From: Sphyrna mokarran
Lineage: Eukaryota
Assembly: GCA_024679065.1 (NCBI GenBank)
Contig: JAGIQG010000009.1
Coordinates: forward strand, 69,688,001-69,752,000
Reading direction: 5' to 3'
DNA length: 64,000 nucleotides
Part shown: positions 41,561 to 53,877 of the stretch, one piece after another
Layout: every line of letters starts with the position of its first letter
Numbering within the stretch: the stretch's first letter is position 1
Translations under genes and position numbers: made by a program
The notes under the pieces: generated by a model
Seen by the model: the letters and a program-made list of their open reading frames with translations, nothing else
Database searches by the model: none
Told to the model about the DNA's origin: nothing

Positions 41561-43844
41561 TAGCTTCCTACATCAATACACCCACGCTTGACTGTCAGAC
41601 AGTCTCTCCTGCGGTCCATTTTTGATATTTTTATTTCTGCTAGAAAGGTCAAAGAAAATGGCAAAAATATATAATTAGCATTGGATTGCTACTCTGTATC
41701 CACTTACCTGAGCCAATCTTTTTCTGTGCCTGACTTGGCCAATCTTCTTGACTCAGTATGGGCAAGATCCAAACAGTACAGGGATCACTGAGACCCAGCA
41801 TCAAAATCTAACAGAACAGGAGTGAAGGAGGACATGACTCCTTTTTTTAATCATAAAGCACTGAAAATGACAAGCCAGAAAGAAGGTAAACATCTAAGGT
41901 AAATGGATGACATTTGAGGGGTGGCAAGGAATTGGATATTGGAAAGGGAGGTCAAACATGGTGGGGGTGAGATATCAGAGGCTTGGGGGTCAGATGGTCA
42001 GATGGGGAGGGTTGTGTTGGATTGACGGTGGAAATTCAGATCTAACTTTTTCTGTGTAACTATTCATGTAAGACTGGCAGAACGATTTAGGACTAATAAT
42101 AATTGAAATCACTTTGTCGGATGGTTCTTAAAAAGTGCAATTGTCCAAGGGAGGTAAAGCCTTAGCTGGGAACTGCCAAGAGGAATTTCCCAGCACACCT
42201 TTGGGATAGCTCCCAAATCAGGCACTGGGGAGCCCAGCAGTTAAGGCACAATATTCCTTAACGTCCTAATGATTTTGCTCCAGAATTTCACACAGCCAGT
42301 GTACTGGAGATTGATCTTCAATCCCTGGAGCCTGCAGGCCAATCCTGGAGGGCTGGCAATCTGAATCAAAGGCCCTTCATCGTATTTCCTGCTCCACATG
42401 ACAAGGTCAAATATTTTGCTGCAAACATGCCCTCCCTCATCCTCGATCCAACCTCTTTTGCAGACATGCAGATGTTTACTGATATTTGAGGCTCCAGGAT
42501 GAAAGCAGCTGAACCTCAGACATTCAAAATCTGAAACTTGTAACCTTACCAGTCATAGGTAGAATCCAAAATCAAACTGACGGAGTGGATAAGATTTGCA
42601 AATCTGCTGTCACATGGAGCCGGAATGCTAGGAAACGTGCATAGTTCTTTGCGTCACAGGTTGGCCTCTAGGGTTCAGGAGCTGCATTATTAAGAGTTTA
42701 TTCCCCACTGATTAGATGGCTTTCAGAAAGGATGCCAAGTTGGAACAGTTTGTGACTTATTCACACACGAGAAGACTGAATGTGAAATTCTATATACGAG
42801 CACCCGTTGGAAATATCCGACTGATTCGGTACTTTAAGGGAGTACGCGATTAACTTTTACATTTAAGACCTGCAAGAGACATTTCACAGGAAGTGCTGCA
42901 ACACAGTCAGCACAAACCAGGTCATAGTTCAGCACACAAGACACAAGCCCCTTTCCATAATTTCCTGAAATAGCAAACTGCGCACTATTTCAGGTTGATC
43001 CTATCCCCTGCCCCCGTGAACCATCTGGTAGACTACTTTCCAAATGAAAAATTTCAATTCTTTGGCAGCCTGAAGAATGATAGGGCGGAAGGAAATCTTT
43101 GTGCGCCTGGTTCACAGACACAAGCCTACAAAGCCTTCCAACTCCAGCCTCCAGAAACGAACCCAATAAATAGTGATATCATCGTGGCCGCTTGCCTAAA
43201 ACAAAGTCAAATTAACCAAAACAAAAAGCAGATAAAATACTGGATTCATTTTATTCTATCATTTTTCAACATGCCTCTCATACATACAGAACTATTGCTT
43301 AACATTAGTGGAAGTTCTTAAACATTGCCCCATATTGAATGTACACATCATCAATATGATGTGTTCGGCACATGTTCGGCACAACTTGTGGGCCGAAGGG
43401 CCTGTTTGGGCTGTAGTGTTCTATGTTCTATGTTCTAATATCATCCCCTCCCTGAGGAAGAGTATCTTCAAGAATTATGTCCATTGCTGCACATTTACAC
43501 ACAAGCTTCGAGCCACCAAAGAAGTAAACACCTCCATGAAACTGCAATACTGGAATAGGTGTAGGCAAGTCGGCCCTTTGCGCCTACTTGGCCTTTCAAC
43601 GAGATCACGGCCGCTTTGCTTGTATTTGCAGTTCCGCATTCCCATCTACCTTCCGGTAACCTTTGATTCCATTGCCGAACAAGAATCTATCTACTTCTGC
43701 CTTAACCATGTATAACAGTTTGGTTTTTGTTTACCAGATACTAGTTCCAGGTCGACCCCATTTGAGATATTTGAACCCAATGGTGGGTTCAAACATACTG
43801 CCAGCTAATTTTTTGTTGTTGTTTGTTAATCTAGACATATATAC

Positions 43845-44112
43845 ATATAGAGAGAGATATGCAGCATGGAAACAGCCCTTTAATCCAACTCGTTCATGCT
43901 GACTGACCTTGACTATTTGTTTGTGTTTAGTCCATATCCCTTTTCATCCATGTACCTGTACAAATGTGTAATTGTACCTGTCTCTACCATTCCTCTGGCG
44001 GCTCATTCTATATATATTCTGTGTGAAAAAGTTGCCTCTCGGGTCCCTTTTAAATCTTTCCCCGCACACTTTAAACCTCTAGCTTTGGACTCCTCTGTCC
44101 TGGGGAAAGGAC
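43845..44112 (-). mobile_element. Decayed CR1 3' end (further short CR1 tails at 43365-43437 + and 43545-43710 -)
   Basis: gcagcatggaaacagccctt..ccatatccc..ctgtgtgaaaaagttgcctctc. Confidence 0.65.
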
Positions 44113-44929
44113 TATACATTTGAGGTCAAGTCACAGTGATTCTTTGCTAGTGGAACATGTTAGTAATTCAACAGTGTGGCCAGTTATGTGTACATTTACT
44201 GTGCAGATGAATGAAATGAGGGGATTGCCTCCTGCAGGATTTCCCTGATTTCAGTGTCTACACATCCAGAACACACCTGGTGGCATGGATATGCAGCAAC
44301 CTGAGCGGTGCATGAATGGGAATGCACTGCTCTAACCAGCCTGTTTTAAAAAAAAGCCGACTGTCAGGAGCTCTGCTGCAAAACACACCACCCAGCCCAT
44401 ACCGACATGAACTTGCTTTACGAATCATTGAAAACCTTGCCGTGCGGGTCACAGGATAACAGGTTAATCACTTGCCACCGAACGAGAAGTCAAAGCATGC
44501 CCAATGAGGACATCTGAGCCCTAACTTGCTGCCAGTGGTTTCACCTCTCAAGTTTGAATCTAACCTGGCTCCAGTGCAAGTCAGCGGAAACATGCCTCCT
44601 CTGGGGAATCAGCCCTCAGCCCAACGCTGATTTTTAACATTGCCTTCTTGATGACACACAGAAGGAACAGCGCAGGGCGAAATATTTTGCTTTACTTTAC
44701 ATGCGACGTTCCCAGTTTAAATAAGGAAAAATGCAGATTCATGTGTTCAAATATCTCAAAAAGCAGCAGTTCTGTTTATACAAAGCCTCATTATATATTT
44801 CCAATTTTAAAATGCACTAGTCCATTTCAAGATACGTATATAAAAACAACTGCTAGAAAAACACTCAGAACGCATTCGTCTCCAACAACTTTTTCCTCTC
44901 TTCCATTCCATTTAAGCCCAGATATACTA

Positions 44930-45380
44930 ACCAACAAAGGAAAATAAGCCATTCTTCTGGACCATATTTTGCATTTGCCTCAAGGTGAACCATGGTGAGA
45001 AAGAGATACAGTGGCACTTGGGAAAGTCATCCTCCAGGTTACAGCTGAGATCCAGCAGGTTACTCCACTCCGAGTTCAGACCTTGCACTCCCTCCCCGCT
45101 GGAAGTCGAAATCTGCGCAGATCTAGGACTAAATTGCAGAGTGCTCCCACGGTACCCGTGCTCGGATGAGGGAGAAGATGAATTCCCTTGCCCGATGCTA
45201 ACTAAGGAGATGCTCGGTAACAATTGACGGAAGTGAGCTGCTGAGCTGGTTTAATCTGCATCATGCTCCCACACAGACTGTGTGACTCCGGCTCTGGAGG
45301 AGGGGGAGGGCCGGCGTGGGGGGGGCGGTGAGCAGTGGAGAGAGAGAGAGAGAAAAAAGCAGCTAACTCGGCCGTGCCAA
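44930..45380 (-). promoter_or_regulatory. Second CpG/GC-rich, promoter-like region (candidate alternative RGL1 start)
   Basis: GC box GGGGCGG near 45321-45328, ETS-like CGGAAGTG near 45228-45236, a (GA)n tract and many CpGs in non-repeat sequence. Confidence 0.45.
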
Positions 45381-46467
45381 GAAACTACTCCAGATTTTCA
45401 GCAGCCTTTTCAGATTTGACACAAGCACTTCTTTGTTGTTCTAGCTTTTGTCTTGATATATCCAAGTAACCCTTAAGCCAAAAAGTCCACGTTCGACAGA
45501 TTAAAAAGATATCTATCAAGTTATTCAATTGTAAACAAAATTGAATTCTCAACAGCTCGTCACAGACTTGAGTGGAAGAGAAAAGAGGCAATTTCAAAAT
45601 AGCAAAACATTCCTAAGCGTTGCTGTCATTTTCCAAGTGTAAAAAATAATGTTTAGGGACTTGCTATGCTTCCAGAGAAAGTTGAGTCGATAATGAGGAC
45701 TTTAATGTCTTTCTTTCAAAGCTGGGTTAATTAGTGTACCTGCAGATTTTGGCAATGGGCAAATCTCATTCAGACTCAATGTAAGTGAACAATTATGAAC
45801 ACACACATCCCAGGCAGTTAAGTAACTCTCTCTCTAATTAAATGAATAACCTAAAAACAGATTACTCTGTTCAATCTGAAGGCATTGCAGGATCTAAACT
45901 CGTGTGCCTGCACTCTTCATGGATGTGCTTTTTCCTCATGGCTGCTACTGCACTGGTTTATGTTAGTAATTCTTTTTTTCTTTTCCACCCCACTCACAAC
46001 CAATAAGGTCAAGCTACAAAAAAACTGAACAGGTATCATTCCATGAAAACAACATTCAAAGCTCTGCCGCACTTCATGTCTAGGATTCCTTGAATTTTAC
46101 ACATCTAGTCTGCCAACATTTGAATATTATGACAAATTGATCTAAAGCACACGCTTTTAAAGTGGAATTGGATATATACTTGGAAACGAAAAAAGAGTTA
46201 TGGGAAAGTTGTAAAGGATTGGGACTATTTGGATAGTTCTTCTAGAAAGGTACTACAATAACCATGACTTACTTCAGTGCGGTGTAATTCTATGAATACT
46301 TTTAAGAAGAGCCAGAATACAACAACCTTAAAGGTTAACAATCTGAAAATTTGTGATGTCCCACCAAGGCACTGTAATTTAAAATAGATATTGAGCTTGA
46401 CGTTCATTCTTTTCATCAAGTAAATGATATCCCTAATTTATTCTGCTAGGAACAGGAATTAACGTAT

Positions 46468-46756
46468 AAAGTTTACTTATTAGCCACAAATAAGGTTTAC
46501 ATTAACACTGCAAATACGTTATTGTGAAAATCCTCTACTCGCCACACTCCGGTGCCTGTCGGGTACACAGAGAGAATTTAGCACTTAACCAGCACGTCTT
46601 TCAGACTGTGGATGGAAACTGGAGCATCCGGAGGAAATCCATGCAGACACCGGGAGAACGTGCAGACTCCACACAGACTGTGACCCAAACCGGGAATTGA
46701 ACCAGGGTCTCTGGCACTGTGAGGCAGCTATACTAACCACTGTGCCACTATGCTGC
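46468..46756 (-). mobile_element. V-SINE family 2
   Basis: Head, core and family-2 tail are all recognisable. Confidence 0.85.
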
Positions 46757-46989
46757 TCTGAATGCATAAAAACGCATTCAGAAGAATCAAGTACCAAATA
46801 ACAGAGTCATAGGGAGGGACATGGACCGTGTAAAGTTCCATTGACCTTAGGTGGGATTTTCCGGCCTGGAAAATCTTGCCTCACTTTTCCTGAAATCTTA
46901 AAATCCTGCCCGAGGTCAACAGACCTTCCCATGCTCCGCCCCTCACCCACTCCAATTCTTATGTGGGTGGACTGGTAAAATTTTGGCTA

Positions 46990-47337
46990 TAGAGTTTTAC
47001 AGCACAGAAAGAAGATTGTTGATCCATCGTGTCTGTGTTGGCATTAAGCACCTGTATATTCTAATTCCATTTTCCAGTATCAGAGGCCTAAAACTTTGTA
47101 TAGTTTGGCATTTCTAAATGCTTCATCAATATTGTGAGGGTTCTGCCTCTAACCCCCTTTGAGGCAGGAGTTCCAGACTCCCACCACTCTCTGGCTGAAA
47201 ATGTTTTACTTGAAATTCCTTCCAAATCTCTTGCCCTTTACCTGAAATCTATACTTCCTGGTTATTGTCCCCTTGACTAAGGGGTAAAGTTTCTTCCTAT
47301 CTACGCTATTAATGCCCCTCAAAATGCTGTATACCTC
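46990..47337 (-). mobile_element. Decayed CR1 3' end
   Basis: Translates as EVYSILRGINSVDRKKLYPL..TRKYRFQVKGKRF. Confidence 0.7.
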
Positions 47338-47497
47338 ACTTGCAGTGACTTCAAATGCTGCACCAAAGCAGTGGGGATCTGAGTCACAAAAAGTCCCAAA
47401 CATTTAAGTTTTTAATACAAAACAAAACTGCTGTGTTGCCATTTCTAATACAGCCAATTTTGGGGACTTACTCAATTTGGAAATAAAGTTTAAACAT

Positions 47498-47820
47498 GGG
47501 CAGCATGGTAGCACAATGGTTAGCATTGCTGCCTCACAGTGCTAGGACCCGGGTTCAATTCCGGCCTTGGGTCACTTTGTGTGGAGTTGGCACATTCTCC
47601 CTGTGTCTGTGTGTGTATCCTTTGGGTGCTCCATTTTCCTCCCACAGTCCAAATGTGTGCAAATTAGGTGGATTGGACATGATAAATTGACCCTAGTGTC
47701 AGGGGATTAACAGGATAAATATGTGAGGTTGCTGGAATAGGGCCTAGGTGGTTATGTGGTCAGTGCAGTCTCAATGGGCTGAATGGCCTCCTCCTGTACT
47801 ATAGGAATCCTATGCTTCTG
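47498..47820 (+). mobile_element. tRNA-derived V-SINE (HE1-like) with a CR1-type tail
   Basis: A box gggcagcatggtagcacaatggttagc, B box gggttcaattccggcc, core tgtggagttggcacattctccc, tail tgggctgaatggcctcctcctgtact. Confidence 0.85.
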
Positions 47821-47948
47821 AGTATCTGGAAGTATTACAATAGGTATGTCCCAAAACCAATTGGCTCTTAAATTAGAACAATGTTTGGTGATACAGGGTT
47901 TAGTCAAATTTTCATAGAATCCCTACAGTGCAGAAGGAAGCCATTCAG

Positions 47949-48735
47949 AGAACGATAGAAACATAGAAAATTACAGCTCAGAAACAGGCCTTTTGGCCCT
48001 CCTTGTCTGTGCCGAACCATTTTTTGCCTAGTCCCACTGACCTGCACTTGGACCATATCTCTCCACACCCCTCTCATCCATGAACCCATCCAAGTTTTTC
48101 TTAAATGTTAAAAGTGGCCCTGCATTTACCACTTTATCTGGCAGCTCATTCCATACTTCCATCACTCTCTGCATAAAGAAGCTCTCCCTGATATTCCCTT
48201 TAAACTTTACTCCTTTCACCCTTAACCCATGCCCTCTGTTTTTTTTTCCTCCAGCTGTAGTAGAAAAAGCCTGCTTGCATTCACTATATCTATACCCATC
48301 AAAATCTTGTACACCTCTATCAAATCTCCTCTCATTCATCTACACTCTAGGTAATAAAATCCTAACCTATTCAATTTCTATCTTGTAACTCAGCTTCTCA
48401 AGTCTCAGCAACATCCTTGTGAACCTCTTGTACGCTCTTTCAACCTTATTTACATCCTTCCTGTAACTAGGTGACTAAAACTGTACACAATACTCTAAAT
48501 TCGGCCTCATCAATGCCTCATACAACTTTACCATAATGCTCCAACTTTTATACTCGATACTCCAATTTATAAAGGCCAATGTACCAAAAGCTCTTTACAA
48601 CCCTATCCACCTGTGACACCACTTTTAGGGAATTCTGCACTGTATTCCCAGGTCCCTCTGTTCAACTGCACTCTTTGGAGTCCTATCATTTACCCTGTAT
48701 GTTCTACTTTGGTTTATCCATCCAAAGTGCAATAC
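47949..48735 (-). mobile_element. CR1 3' fragment inserted into a SINE tail
   Basis: Degenerate RT C-terminus (RGHGLRVKG..FFMQRVMEVWNELP). Splits a SINE tail between 47913-47948 and 48747-48878. ATTCAG occurs at both junctions. Confidence 0.85.
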
Positions 48736-51700
48736 AATTCAGTGCAATTCAGCCCATCAAATTTGCACCAATCATAATCCCACCCAGGCCATAACCCCAC
48801 ATATTTACCCTGCTAATCTGCTGACATTAGGGTGAATTTAGTATGGTCAATCAACCTATCCCACACATTTTTGGACTTTTATTTTAATTTAAGCAATATA
48901 CTGCTCACTTACATTTGCTCAATTTGGTCTAATTTCAATTCTTTTCCTACACCAAGTAGCACACTAGGGCAGACTGTTATCAGTTTCTCTTGTTGGTTAT
49001 TCCTCTAACAGCTTGCTAGTCCATTATCAAAACTTGGGAAGGCCACTCCATATCAAGTTTGGCTGACCAGGAGTTTGTCCCACTCTTACTGTCAACATTG
49101 GTGTATTTGAAAGAATTTGCAAATTGACATTAAAATTGTTTGGTTGTATAATGAACGTATCTTCCATGGCCATCAAGTGGGACTCGAACCCAGAATTTCT
49201 AGCTGAGAGGCAGTGACACTAACCCCTGTGTCAAAAGACCTCCCACTTTCGTTGCAAAGTAGAAATCAATTGTCAACATTTCAAAACTTTAAATGAAGTA
49301 GGTTAGTAAATGCACAAGATCATGAATAACAGCTTATAGCACAAAACTAATATCAACTGAATTGAACAGCATTTAAAGTAAACTTTATAATTCTTGTACA
49401 AAAACAAACCAAAATATTTGGAAAGACAAGCGGCTCCCAACTTTAGTGAGTGAAGAAAGAAAAGACAAGGGCTAGCAGGAGAAGGGAGAGGAACAACTGC
49501 AGAAAGACCAGATTTGTACTGATGAAAGCCACACACCAGATCATGAAGAGGTTTTCATTCCACAGATGCTGCCAGACCTGCTCTGAGCATTTTAAGCATT
49601 TTCAGCTTTATTGTTCAATTTGCAACACCCGCATTATTTTATTTTTGTAGTTTTTGTGGCCATGTATGATCTTGCCTGTCACTGTTTGATTTGCCAAGAG
49701 ATGAAAACCAGCAGTAAAGTTGAAACTGAGCATTTTAGTTTTGGGGGGAGAAACACACACTCACACATTAGACAACTTATCCACATTCATTTCCTAAATG
49801 ACAGTTAACTACAAACACTCCAGGCACTAAAACATGGCTTCTGCTTGATCATTTGGAGCTGAATTCAGTAAAACTCAAGCCCCCCTCTTCCTCCCAGTGT
49901 ATCAACTCAACTTCAATTCCAAGAAATCTCAGTGACTTAATCCAACAGATCAGAAATTGCTGGAAATATAAGATTACAGAAGTGTATTTTTCTTCTGTTG
50001 TTCACATCCATACACCAGCCCAACTGTCTCTTATTGCTCCAAATGGACTCTGCCATTATGTGCTAGCTGGGAACACTTAGTTCTCTGCTGTATCACAAGA
50101 GGCTGCTCCAGCTGAGGCACTTCCTGTGCATGTGTTGCCTAATGCGTTCAGCACATCATTTGAAGCAATCCAGCTCCCTAGGAGCCAGTAAGACCCAGAA
50201 TCAAATGAACAGATCTTATTTTTATTTTAATGAGCAAACTGGAGTATGAATTGTGAATGACACACACAAATGCCTCTGACAATGGCATTCAATAAGTAGA
50301 ACTTTACTGTTCCGGTTAGCTGCAGTTGAAAACAAATGGCTATGATTGCTCAACTTCCCAACATTTCCCTACAAAACAAGCTACTTTGTTGTAAATGTAA
50401 CTCGTCCTTTAATGATGAGTCAATGATGGGATTTAAAATTAATACTTAGTTATTGTAAGACAGCAAAACAGCAGGCTGAGATATTGTACTCTGTTGTAAA
50501 CCCAAATGAAATTTTTAAAAGCGCACAAATTGAAGTACTTGATAACACAGAAGTTGTTGATGAGTGCCTATTCTACCATCTTCAGGCAGCAAAGCCCAGA
50601 ACATTAGTTACTCACAACTTCAGGGAACAGATGTTTTCGCACACAAGCTTGAGTTCTGTAAATACACCCATTAACCAACTAAGATATACCAAAACGTACA
50701 CACCTCCCACTCAGGCCAACAGAGTATGAACTCATCTCTTAGTCGCTAAACATTAGTTATTCCCTTCCTCTTTCATAAAGAAAATTTTCCATTTTTCTCG
50801 CAAAAGACTCCACCGAGAAAATATTTGCAAACAACCACAAAAGCCAAGAAAAATGCTGTTTTATTATCCATTCATACTTGCAAACTAAATTAAGAAAACC
50901 TTCTCCACAGGACAGATACACATTTTTAATAAGAGGTAAAGTATATGTCCACCCACATTCTACTTTGTGTTTTCTACAGTAATGATGACATGAGGACAAC
51001 AAAACAATTCTAAAAAATATACCAAATAATTATAGCCATTTTAAATTATTTTGGTTCTATTTCTAATGTGAGCCATATATTCCCACATTAGGTTTAGACA
51101 GAGTATTGGGAGCATTATTATGCATCTGATCACAACTATATAACTTGATCATTTTTCCACATCAACAGAATTAAGCTCCCAGAATTTACAGCCATTTTAC
51201 ACTATAGAAATAGGGAAAATGGATGAGTATAAATTAGTGATTTATGAGAAGAAGAACAAGGATGATGCTTTGCACTGGACTATAGATGAACAAATGGGTG
51301 CAAGTGAAGCCATTGGAGGTGACATTCCACAAGCATCAAAGGAGGATCAAGATGCAGGATGTTGTTTATATATGAAAACAAAATCAATGTCCTTTGGCAA
51401 ACACTCATCTGTTTCCCAACTTGAACCATACTTCAGTGCAACTTTATATCTGTAATCTTGGGATTGCTGTTTTTATTTTATCCTCATTGCCAATGTAATA
51501 ATTCCTGTTCCACAGTTAGGCAAATAAAAGCTGCATTGTTTATTTACATATAACTATAATACAGAGGTTTACAGCCTCATGGCTGCCAGTCAACTTCCTG
51601 GATTGAATTTATATAGAAGCCCAACGTACTAGGATGAACTCCCACCCTGGTCCCTGATTGGTTACCTGGATCCTGTGACCCTCTTGGCAAATCGCTCCAT

Positions 51701-52954
51701 AGAGGGGACAAACACCACAAGGGTCTAATGTGTTTAGCTTGCAGTGTGAAGATTTGAGGACAGGGCAAGTTCTAGGAACTTCAGTTGAAAGAAGGGGAGA
51801 AACAGAAAGGAATTACAACATTTTTCAATAAAGTTTATGGAAGCCATAAATCTAGACTCATTTTTTTTCTTGTTTTGATTTTCATTTCTGGCTCATTCTT
51901 AAGTTACCTCTTCTTTCTTTCACAATTCAGAAAGGAAAATATTAATCTTATCCAAAAATGTGAAGGAGTCTGGACAGTCTTTGTATTTTCTTTGGCAAGT
52001 ACACTATTGTAAAAGAACTCACAAATATTCTACAGCTTCATATTGAGTACTTTGCAGCAGTGCCAACTGATGTGTAGGTATCACCAGAATAATTATCTAG
52101 GTCATTCATCATCAGTTACAAATAACATTGGCAGCATAGACTAATGAGGAATTTTGTTTGCTGCACCGCGTCATTAGGAATCTGTTTGCCAGATGGTAAA
52201 TAAAAAATTAACTATTACCAGCATTTTGGCTGCAATGTGTTTCGTATGAAATGCTTAACAGCTTAGTTAATCCTGACTGGATTGAAATAATTTTAAACTG
52301 CATATTTGAGAGAAAGATACTTATTTAAAGCCAAAATGATCACATTCTGGCACATTCATAAAACAATCCATCTTTCTTACTTCACCCACTCTTCCTATTT
52401 TAGAAAGGCCAGGTCTGCACGCTTTCCTTTTTCCAGTGGTTAGGTTCGGAGTGTTCAAATAAATGCCAAGCTGCACATGGAATAAATATGATTCTGGGCT
52501 TTGTCCATCACTTACTATTGCACAGCAAACCCAAATTTACACTGAAATGAGGCAAGATGGCACAGCCCAGATTCCTGAAATGACAGATTAACTAACAAAG
52601 CAAGTCAAAGATCAATTGTTGGAAATCTTCAAATTGGAGAACATTCCTAGAACGGTTAAAAAGCGGCACATTAAAGAATAGCATTCCATTAATGAATAGT
52701 GAGAGATTAAAGGTAATCCACAGAAGATAAAGTGAAGGTTCCCAATACAGAAAATAACCAAGATATTAAAACTAAAGAAGTAGTGATAATATTGTGGCTA
52801 TGTTACTAGACTAGTAATCCAGAGGCCGAGACAAATAATTTAGAGACAAAATACATCATCACAGTTGAGAAATTAAATAAATCTGGAATTTAAAAATAAC
52901 TAGTCTTAGCAAGATGATCATGAACCTACTGAATTGTGAAAAAAATCATTATTT

Positions 52955-53173
52955 TCATTTGTTAGTGTCACAAGCAGGTTTATGTTAACACTGCAATCAA
53001 GTTATTGTGAACATCCGTTAGTTGTCACAATCCGTTGCCTGTTCAGGTTCAGAGGGAGAATTTAGCATGGCCAATACACCTAAAGAGCATGTCTTTTGGA
53101 CTGTAGGAGGAAGCCAGAGAATGTGGAGGAAACCCATGCAGACACAAGGAGAACATGTAGACTCCACACAGAC
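52955..53173 (-). mobile_element. V-SINE family 2, headless
   Basis: Family-2 tail plus core ggaaacccatgcagacacaaggagaacatgtagactccacacagac. Confidence 0.8.
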
Positions 53174-53200
53174 GTAGTTCATTGATGTTCTTCTGGGCAG

Positions 53201-53370
53201 AGTAAGAAGTCTCACAACGCAAGGTTAAAGTTCAACAGGTTTATTTAGAATCATAAGCTTGTGGGGCACTTCTCCTTCATCAGATGAGCCTAAATAAACC
53301 TGTTGGACTTTAACATGGTGTTGTGAGACTTTTTACTGTGCCTATCCTAGTCCAATGCCGGCATCTCCAC
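53201..53370. mobile_element. Penelope-like inverted terminal relic
   Basis: 48-bp inverted arms at 53201-53248 and 53290-53337 (5 mismatches); CTGATGA on the - strand in the loop. Confidence 0.7.
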
Positions 53371-53685
53371 TAAGGATGTCCTTTTAGGAAGAAACTCTGC
53401 CATCCTCACTTGTTCTGGTTTACATATGAATCTAAGCCAACAGCAATGTGGTTGATTCTTAACTGCCTTCTGAAATGGCCTAACCAGCCACTCATTTATA
53501 CCCAAGGAGAAGATTCATCACCAACTTCTCATGGATAAATGGAACTGCACAATAAATACTGGCTTTAACCAAGCTGGTACATTCCTACTAATGAATTTAA
53601 AAACATTGGAGAAGGTAGAATCACTCGCTAATGGAGTATAGCTCACAAAAAACAACATTTTTCACTGTATCCCAATACGTGTGAC

Positions 53686-53877
53686 AATAAGATCCTACAG
53701 CTGAATGTGTGGCTGAAGGACTGGTGTAGGGCAGAGGGTTTCATATTTGTGGATAACTGGGAAGTCTTTGTGAAAGAAGGGCACCTGTATAGAAGGGACG
53801 GGGAACACTTAAATGGGAAGAGCATGAGTATCTTAGCTGGGAGGTTAGCTGGAGTGTTTCGGCAGGATTTAAACTAA
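53686..53877 (+). pseudogene. C-terminal remnant of CR1 ORF1 (SGNH esterase-like)
   Basis: Translates as NKILQLNVWLKDWCRAEGFIFVDNWEVFVKEGHLYRRDGEHLNGKSMSILAGRLAGVFRQDLN*. The DGxHLN motif is typical of CR1 ORF1 esterase domains. Confidence 0.85.

Noticed and set aside
41700-41710. Perfect minus-strand donor CAG|GTAAGT
   Set aside because: The upstream phase-0 frame is closed with no ATG; an isolated motif like this is expected by chance.
47498-47570. tRNA gene (also at 39217)
   Set aside because: The A and B boxes run straight into a SINE core and tail, so these are SINE heads.
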